Shown here: piece by piece, positions 58,018 to 64,000 of the stretch | How the letters are laid out: each line of letters starts with the position of its first letter | Numbering within the stretch: position 1 is the first letter of the stretch | Assembly (NCBI GenBank): GCA_965226495.1 | Contig: OZ245365.1 | Coordinates: 1,216,001-1,280,000 of the forward strand | Reading direction: 5' to 3' | DNA length: 64,000 nucleotides | DNA from: Candidatus Marinacidobacterales bacterium | GTDB taxonomy: Bacteria; Acidobacteriota; Vicinamibacteria; Marinacidobacterales; DATDRI01 | Notes under the pieces: generated by a model | Told to the model about the DNA's origin: nothing | Seen by the model: the letters and a program-made list of their open reading frames with translations, nothing else | Databases searched by the model: none | Made by a program: the position numbers and the translations under genes

Positions 58018-60667
58018 TCTCTTGATAGCGCGGGTGGTCGCGGAGCGGATCCCACGCAGGGTCGAGCTTGATCGAGCGGGCTGACCAGAAAGAGGGAACG
58101 GAGAGGAGTCGATCGATCTGCTCCAATGCCGCATCGCGTTCTCCCACCATCGTGCAGATACGCGCTAGATCATGGATCCGCGACGGCCCAAGGAATGCGT
58201 CCTTCGAAACCGGCATGAGCTCTACACCTCGTTTTCCGGCGGCGACCGCTTCTTCTTTGCGTCCAAGGCCGGCGTACGTGATGCCGAGAGAGGAGTGGAA
58301 ACGATGGTCTTCGGGACTTTGCCCTAGTCGCTCCTCGAGTATGACGCGAGCGTCTTCGAACGCGGCTCTTGCCTCTTCGGCACGGTCGAGCTCGCGCAGG
58401 CTGAGGGCCACGAGTAGCGCCTTCGGATAGGAATTGAGTTGGTCCTCGAACGCCGCGAGCGGTGTCGACCGCAGCCTGCTCAGCGCGTCGTCGAAGTTTC
58501 GCTCGAGAGTTTCCTGCAGAAACCACATAAAGACCGCGAATCGGTCATCTGCCTGGTACGGCATCTCCTCGAGTATCTGCCGCGCCTCGGCTGTTTCACC
58601 TCTCCAGCTCCAATAGTTACTCGCCCTCGCCCAGTACGAGACAGGCTGATCGGGGGCCAGGGTAAGAGCGACGCTCAAGATGCGATCCGCTTTTTCGTAC
58701 TCTCCTACCATCCAGTACGTCCCCCCGAGCAGTCCCGCTACGAGGCCGTTTCTCGGGTCGAGCTCGACCGCTTTTTCGAAATGGGTCACCGCGCCATCCC
58801 AGTCACCTCGTCGCCGGTAGACCGAAGCGACGAAAGCGGCCGCGAAGGCATCATTCGGGAGACCCTTGGCGGCGATAGAGAGCTCGCTAAGGGCGCGGTC
58901 CCAGGCTCTATCCACCATGTAGGCGTAGAGCCCGACACTTTGGTGTACCAATGGGAGATCCGGCTCGAGCTCACGAGCGCGGTCCAGAGCCGCTGTTGCG
59001 CGCTCCAGGCGCTCCTCGGAGCGGTCGAAGTCGCGCCAAATCCAAAGGTGTGTCGTAGCGAGACTGGCGTGGGCCTCAGCGAAGGTCGGGTCCAGCCTCA
59101 CCGCCCGCTCGAACATGCGCTCCGCGAGATCAAAGTCTTCCTTCGACGAAACAGCCCTACGAAACAAGTGGCTTCGGCCTCGCTGGTAAGCTTGAAGAGC
59201 CTCCATGTTCTCCGTGGGCTTCGACGTCAGCGCCTCCTGTTCCGGCGCCAACAGCGTGACGTTCATTTGTTGGATCACCTCTTGGGCGATTTCCGACTGA
59301 ACGTCAAAGAGATCATCGGTAACACGGTCGTAGACGCTGGACCATAGTTGCGTGTCATCGGAGACCTGGATCAGCTTGGGAGTCACTTTCACGCGTCCAG
59401 ACATGCTATCGGAGGAGCCTTTCTGCCAACGGACTGTCCCTTCCAATAAGTACTGAACGCCGAGCTCTTCTCCTATCTGACGAGTCGGTTTGTCCGTGTC
59501 CTTGTACTGGGAAGAGCTGTTACGCGAGATAACCCCGAGCCCGCTGACACCCGCTAGGCGACTCGTGATCTCTTCAGCCATGCCGTCGGCGAAGTACTCG
59601 TCTTCGGGTGGGCCCAGGTTTTCGAACGGCAGGACCGCGATCTTCTTCCTCTCCACGGCCGGCGCCTCCTCTTCTTGTGGAGGCGCGGGTGCCCGGTTGA
59701 GGAGAGCGTAGCCGACGATCAGGACCAACACAGCGGCAGCGGCAAGAGCGAACACTTTCTTCGTGGCCGCCGGCTTGGCCGCGGGTGCCACCGACGCCGA
59801 CTCGAGCCGACGGCGTATCGCCCTAAGATCCACGACCAGATCCTTCATTCCTTGGTAGCGGTTCGTCGGATCCTTCGCGAGACACTTTTCGATCAGACGC
59901 TGCAGATCCGTCGATGCTTCGGTCGAGACGTCTTGGCCCAGAGCCGGGAGAGGGGGAGCCGGCTTGCCCAAAATCGCGCTCATCGTGTCGGCCCCGGTGG
60001 CGCCGCGGAAGGGAGCCTGTCCGGCCGTCATCTCGTAGATGATGGTGCCTAGAGTAAAGATGTCGGTGCGGTGATCGACCTCGTGGCCTCGAGCTTGTTC
60101 GGGTGACATGTAGGAGATAGTCCCCATGACTTTACCTGGGTCGGTCCCGCCTTCGCGAAACGCGGTGGACGCTTGGCTGTCATCACCGCCCAGGGGCTCC
60201 ACCAACTTGGCCAGGCCAAAGTCGATGACCTTGGCGTGACCATCTTCGGTGAGCATGATGTTGGCGGGTTTGAGGTCGCGATGCACGATGCCTTTCGCAT
60301 GGGCGCGGGCAAGGCCTTCGGCGACCTCGGTGGCAAGCTCCAATGACCGAGCCAACGGTAGCCGCTCCCGAGCCAAGACGTCGCCGAGCTTGTCACCTTC
60401 GATGAGCTCCATCGCGATGAACGTCACGCCGTCTGCTTCGTCGATCTCATGGATCACCGCGATGTGAGGGTGGTGGAGCGACGCCGCGGCCTTAGCCTCC
60501 TGCACGAAGCGACGCCGGCGTTCGGCGTCAGAAACTAGCTCCGGCGGAAGTACTTTGATGGCGACTTCCCGATCGAGCTTGGTGTCCATCGCGCGGTACA
60601 CGATCCCCATGCCCCCGCGGCTGAGTTCCGCCAGGATCTTATAGTGCGAAAGCGTTGTGCCGATCAC
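57998..60667 (-). CDS. Hanks-type Ser/Thr kinase with TM, IAVLPFEN domain and TPRs
   Basis: GGMGIVY, HRDLKPAN, DFGLAK, YMSPEQ; IAVLPFENL..YFADG; DP.WDPLR..PR end. Confidence 0.92.
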   Translation of the reverse strand: MIGTTLSHYKILAELSRGGMGIVYRAMDTKLDREVAIKVLPPELVSDAERRRRFVQEAKAAASLHHPHIAVIHEIDEADGVTFIAMELIEGDKLGDVLARERLPLARSLELATEVAEGLARAHAKGIVHRDLKPANIMLTEDGHAKVIDFGLAKLVEPLGGDDSQASTAFREGGTDPGKVMGTISYMSPEQARGHEVDHRTDIFTLGTIIYEMTAGQAPFRGATGADTMSAILGKPAPPLPALGQDVSTEASTDLQRLIEKCLAKDPTNRYQGMKDLVVDLRAIRRRLESASVAPAAKPAATKKVFALAAAAVLVLIVGYALLNRAPAPPQEEEAPAVERKKIAVLPFENLGPPEDEYFADGMAEEITSRLAGVSGLGVISRNSSSQYKDTDKPTRQIGEELGVQYLLEGTVRWQKGSSDSMSGRVKVTPKLIQVSDDTQLWSSVYDRVTDDLFDVQSEIAQEVIQQMNVTLLAPEQEALTSKPTENMEALQAYQRGRSHLFRRAVSSKEDFDLAERMFERAVRLDPTFAEAHASLATTHLWIWRDFDRSEERLERATAALDRARELEPDLPLVHQSVGLYAYMVDRAWDRALSELSIAAKGLPNDAFAAAFVASVYRRRGDWDGAVTHFEKAVELDPRNGLVAGLLGGTYWMVGEYEKADRILSVALTLAPDQPVSYWARASNYWSWRGETAEARQILEEMPYQADDRFAVFMWFLQETLERNFDDALSRLRSTPLAAFEDQLNSYPKALLVALSLRELDRAEEARAAFEDARVILEERLGQSPEDHRFHSSLGITYAGLGRKEEAVAAGKRGVELMPVSKDAFLGPSRIHDLARICTMVGERDAALEQIDRLLSVPSFWSARSIKLDPAWDPLRDHPRYQEIIQKHR

Positions 60668-60794
60668 GTTTTTAGTTCGGGCGTCACCTAGCATGGTTGC
60701 CGCTTTGAAACGAGGTCAGACGCCAGTACGACGATTCTACGGTGAGACAATCAGGGATTCAATGACCAGTCCCCACGCAGGTACCGTCGGACGG

Positions 60795-61421
60795 CTATTT
60801 CTGTACGCTCACATGGGGATTGTCGCGTTCGTAGAAGCGCAAGGGTTTCTTCGCCCACTGTCGCGCGTAGTCGACGCCGATACGGGTAGCGGTCACGATG
60901 CGTCGTTCGGGGATGGATCTCCCTCGCTCGAGGTAGAGCTCCTTGCCATCGACGAGATCCAGCCGGTCGAGGTTGCCGTCGATCCGGAGCGCCTGGGTGA
61001 GCTTGGCGGGTCCCGAGCAAAGGTCGGTGTCCTTCAAGCGGCTGCGCGCCACCTGGCCACCTCGATGGCGTCGCATGATCTCGATCCCATCCATGGGCTC
61101 GAGCGCCCGGATTAAGCAAGCCGTGGGTTGACCTTCCCGCTCAGCGACGACGTTCAAGAGCCAATGGATGCCGTAAGTGAAATAAACGTACGCGTGGCCA
61201 GCGTCGAGCCACATGGTTTCGGTGCGCTTGGTGCGCCGACCTCCGAAGCTGTGAGCTGCCCGGTCCGGAATGCCAAGATAGGCTTCGGTCTCGACGATGC
61301 GGCCCGAGAGCACCACACCGTTCCCGAGCCGGCGCACCAGCTTTCGTCCGAGGAGCGCGCGAGCCAGTGTCACCGGGTCCCGCCGGAAAAATCGACGTTT
61401 GAGAGGAATAGGGCGTCCCAT
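60795..61421 (-). CDS. DNA-3-methyladenine glycosylase (MPG/AAG family)
   Basis: GRIVETEAY.G, YVY..YG.H...NVV, LIRALEP, GP.KL..AL, RIGV. Confidence 0.93.
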   Translation of the reverse strand: MGRPIPLKRRFFRRDPVTLARALLGRKLVRRLGNGVVLSGRIVETEAYLGIPDRAAHSFGGRRTKRTETMWLDAGHAYVYFTYGIHWLLNVVAEREGQPTACLIRALEPMDGIEIMRRHRGGQVARSRLKDTDLCSGPAKLTQALRIDGNLDRLDLVDGKELYLERGRSIPERRIVTATRIGVDYARQWAKKPLRFYERDNPHVSVQK

Positions 61422-61519
61422 TGGGTAGAGTGATTCTATGGTGCGGCGGCCTCCGTCTCAAGATGAGCTGCGACTGCGCGGTCAAATTTGCTATAGTCTC
61501 TACCCTCGATCGAATAAGC

Positions 61520-62680
61520 ATGAGCACGGAACAGACATCTTTGGAGGGCGACCTCAGTGAAATCCCCCGATTACTCGGCAGCATCGGCAGGCCCGAAGGA
61601 CCGACTCTCCTCTGCCTCGGCGGCATCCACGGCAACGAGCCGGCGGGCTTTCTAGCCCTCCGTCGGTTCTTCCAACGAGTCGCGGCGCGGGACGGGTTTG
61701 GGGGTCGTGTCATCGGATTATCGGGGAACCGCGGTGCCCTGGCCAAGAATCGCCGTTTCGTCGATCAGGATCTAAACCGCATCTGGATCCCGCAACAGAT
61801 CACGAGCGAGAGCCCTGGTGCGGAGCAGGCCGAGCTACACGAGATTGCGCAGGAGATCCGGGCCGTTTTGGCGACCTGCACCGGTCGCGCTTACTTTCTG
61901 GACCTCCACACCACGTCGGGGCCCGGGCCGGCCTTCGCATTTCTCGAAGATACGCTCCCGAATCGCCAGTTTGCGTTCCAGTTCCCGGTACCCATCGTGT
62001 TGGGAGCCGAAGAAGAGCTCCCCGGCACACTCGTCCAGTATTTGTGTGATCTCGGCGTGACCACGCTCGGATTCGAAGCCGGACAGCACCGGGATCCGGC
62101 CTCGGTCGACAGAGCGGAAGCCGCGATCTGGATCGCGATGGAAGCAGCGGGAATCGTAGAGCCGGGCACTCGCCCCGAGGTCGCCGAAGCTCGTCGAACC
62201 CTGACCGAGTCGAGCCGGTCGCTTCCCCGCATGGTCGAGATGCGTTATCGAAAACCGGTCGATCCCGACGACCAGTTTCAAATGGCTCCCGGATTTGAAA
62301 GCTTTCAAACGATAGAGGAGGGGCAGCTCATGGCCCACGATCGCGAAGGTCCGATCAAGGCCGCGACCGGCGGTTTTCTCCTCATGCCGCGCTATCAAGA
62401 CCAGGGTCAAGACGGTTTTTTCATCGTGCGTCCGGTCCGCGCGTTTTGGGTCGCATTATCCGCAAAGCTCAGACAGTTAGGGTTCGAGCGATTCCTGCAC
62501 TGGCTGCCAGGGGTTCGACGACACGCCGACATTCGCGGAGCATTCGTTGTGGACCAAGGGACGGCCCGATGGCATGCGATGGAGCTTTTTCATCTCCTTG
62601 GTTTTCGCAGGCGTGGCGAGAAGGGTCGCTTCCTAATAATGTCTCGCCGAGCTCACGATGTAGGCGGAGGAAAGCGCTGA
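61520..62680 (+). CDS. Succinylglutamate desuccinylase/aspartoacylase family protein
   Basis: GGIHGNE, R..D.DLNR.W, LDLHT, FEAGQH, MP.YQ. Confidence 0.85.
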   Translation: MSTEQTSLEGDLSEIPRLLGSIGRPEGPTLLCLGGIHGNEPAGFLALRRFFQRVAARDGFGGRVIGLSGNRGALAKNRRFVDQDLNRIWIPQQITSESPGAEQAELHEIAQEIRAVLATCTGRAYFLDLHTTSGPGPAFAFLEDTLPNRQFAFQFPVPIVLGAEEELPGTLVQYLCDLGVTTLGFEAGQHRDPASVDRAEAAIWIAMEAAGIVEPGTRPEVAEARRTLTESSRSLPRMVEMRYRKPVDPDDQFQMAPGFESFQTIEEGQLMAHDREGPIKAATGGFLLMPRYQDQGQDGFFIVRPVRAFWVALSAKLRQLGFERFLHWLPGVRRHADIRGAFVVDQGTARWHAMELFHLLGFRRRGEKGRFLIMSRRAHDVGGGKR

Positions 62681-62685
62681 CCGTG

Positions 62686-63531
62686 CTATCCGCGGAGTGA
62701 GGAAATCTTCCGCTTGGGGTCCAAGGCGTCCCGCAGCCAGTCACCGAAAACGTTCGTCCCCAGAACCACCAGCATGATGGCAAGTCCCGGAAAGACCGCG
62801 AGGTGCCAAGCCACGGTCACGTAGGCCCGTCCGTCCGCGAGCATTCCGCCCCAGGAAGGGGTGGGCGGCTGAACTCCGATCCCCAAGAAACTGAGGCCCC
62901 CTTCGAAAATGATCATCATGCCGAAGTTGAGGGTAGCCATGACAACGATTGTGTTGAGGATGTTGGGGAGGATGTGCCGCAGCATCAATCGCAGAGGTCG
63001 GCATCCCGCGACGCGCGCCGCGTCGATAAACTCGCTCTGCTTGACGCTCAGTACTTCGCCCCGGACCATCCGGGCGTAGCCAGGCCAAATGCCAAGAGCA
63101 AGGACGATGACAACGCTCATCATGCTCGGGCCGAAGGCTCCAATGGCAGCAATGGCCATCAACATGAACGGCATCGCGAGCTGCATATCGGCGAATCTCA
63201 TAATCAACGTCTCTAACCAACCGCCGACAAATCCTGCTAGCAATCCCAACAACGTTCCAAAGGCAAGCCCGAGGAACACAGAAAAGAAGCCGACCAAAAG
63301 AGAGACTCTCGAGCCGTAGACCAAGCGGCTAAGCACATCCCGGCCCAAACTGTCAGTTCCCAAGAGATGGTCCGACACGCCTCCGTCCTCCCAGGCAGGC
63401 GGCAGCAAAGTACTCGCGAGATCCTGTCGGATGGGGTCATGACTCGTAACGAAAGGCGCACCGATCGCGGTCAGCGAGAACAGCAACAAGATGCCGCCGC
63501 TCAAGATCGGAAGCTTCCGGAGTGCGCCCAT
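62686..63531 (-). CDS. Peptide/nickel ABC transporter permease DppC-like
   Basis: LGTD.LGRD..SR...G.R.SL, AR..RG, H.LPN, LSFLG.G..PP..SWG.M. Confidence 0.92.
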   Translation of the reverse strand: MGALRKLPILSGGILLLFSLTAIGAPFVTSHDPIRQDLASTLLPPAWEDGGVSDHLLGTDSLGRDVLSRLVYGSRVSLLVGFFSVFLGLAFGTLLGLLAGFVGGWLETLIMRFADMQLAMPFMLMAIAAIGAFGPSMMSVVIVLALGIWPGYARMVRGEVLSVKQSEFIDAARVAGCRPLRLMLRHILPNILNTIVVMATLNFGMMIIFEGGLSFLGIGVQPPTPSWGGMLADGRAYVTVAWHLAVFPGLAIMLVVLGTNVFGDWLRDALDPKRKISSLRG

Positions 63532-63540
63532 CGTATCGAT

Positions 63541-64000
63541 TCAGTTGTGACTTATTCTCGGGTCGAGCCAAGAGTAGAAAATCTCGACCAGCAGATTGAC
63601 CGCGATGAATATGACGGACGCGACGACGACCACCGCCTGCACGACACGGAAGTCATTGGATGAGATGGCCTGTACGGCAAGACGACCCACACCCGGCCAC
63701 GCGAATATGGTTTCTGTGATGACCGCGCCACCTAACAAAGTAGCGAACAGCTGGCCCACGTAGGTCACGACCGGGATGAGGGCGTTTCTGAGAGCGTGCT
63801 TCAAGACCACGATCTGTTCCGGAAATCCTCTCGTGCGGGCTGCGCTGACGTATTCCTTTCCCAAGACATCGAGCATCGCCGAGCGCGTGAGACGCATCAC
63901 CGCGGCCATCCCGAAGGTCCCTAAGGTCACCGCCGGCAGTACCAGGTGCTCCAGACCTCCTCGCCCAGAAATGGGCAGCATCTTGAGCTTGACCCCGAAG
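63541..64000 (-). CDS. Peptide/nickel ABC transporter permease DppB-like (5' end outside window)
   Basis: H.VLPA..L, R.TRS.ML, HALRNA..P, G.VITE.IF.WPG.G, DPRI. Confidence 0.9.
   Translation of the reverse strand, partial: FGVKLKMLPISGRGGLEHLVLPAVTLGTFGMAAVMRLTRSAMLDVLGKEYVSAARTRGFPEQIVVLKHALRNALIPVVTYVGQLFATLLGGAVITETIFAWPGVGRLAVQAISSNDFRVVQAVVVVASVIFIAVNLLVEIFYSWLDPRISHN

Noticed and set aside
50052-60667. Two eukaryotic-like kinases as a novel signalling system
   Set aside because: Both architectures are commonly expanded families in Acidobacteria-like genomes, and they are not adjacent or evidently linked
1-64000. CRISPR array, cas genes, rRNA or prophage structural genes
   Set aside because: No repeat-spacer periodicity or recognisable genes; the repeats found are microsatellites, duplications or att sites

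Overview
Bacterial chromosome segment of about 60% GC by eye, using genetic code 11. Gene content (Ser/Thr kinases with propeller/TPR tails, a TonB receptor, DUF3604/DUF1254 cargo) suggests Acidobacteriota; this is an inference. Layout: (1) 1-4.9 kb, cargo islets at the 3' end of tRNA-Leu(GAG): a Tat sulfatase and a lipoprotein amidohydrolase, an exact 24-bp att duplication and a probable integrase remnant. (2) Housekeeping secG-tpiA-pgk, bioF and msrB. (3) A cobalamin-riboswitch-led corrinoid uptake/salvage operon (btuB, btuF, btuD, btuC, PduO-type adenosyltransferase, cobQ, cobS, cobC, cobU). (4) A TA pair and a tight gpmA / MetE-like / D-aminoacylase run. In the MetE-like gene the Zn-ligand Cys codon of HxC is an in-frame TGA followed by a SECIS-like hairpin, making it a candidate selenoprotein methyltransferase; this is the top finding. 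(5) An about 18-kb accessory region (32-50 kb) of uncharacterised envelope genes: DUF481, two DUF3604, a SphA-like barrel, DUF2092, twin putative propeller proteins flanking a DUF1254/DUF1214 fusion, and twin secreted proteins. It has decayed regulators and an IS1182-type element inserted in a long palindrome. (6) Two kinases, an SSS transporter, a patatin-barrel protein, an HNH protein, MPG, an AstE/AspA-like enzyme and dppCB. All family assignments come from motif recognition by eye; no database searches were run.
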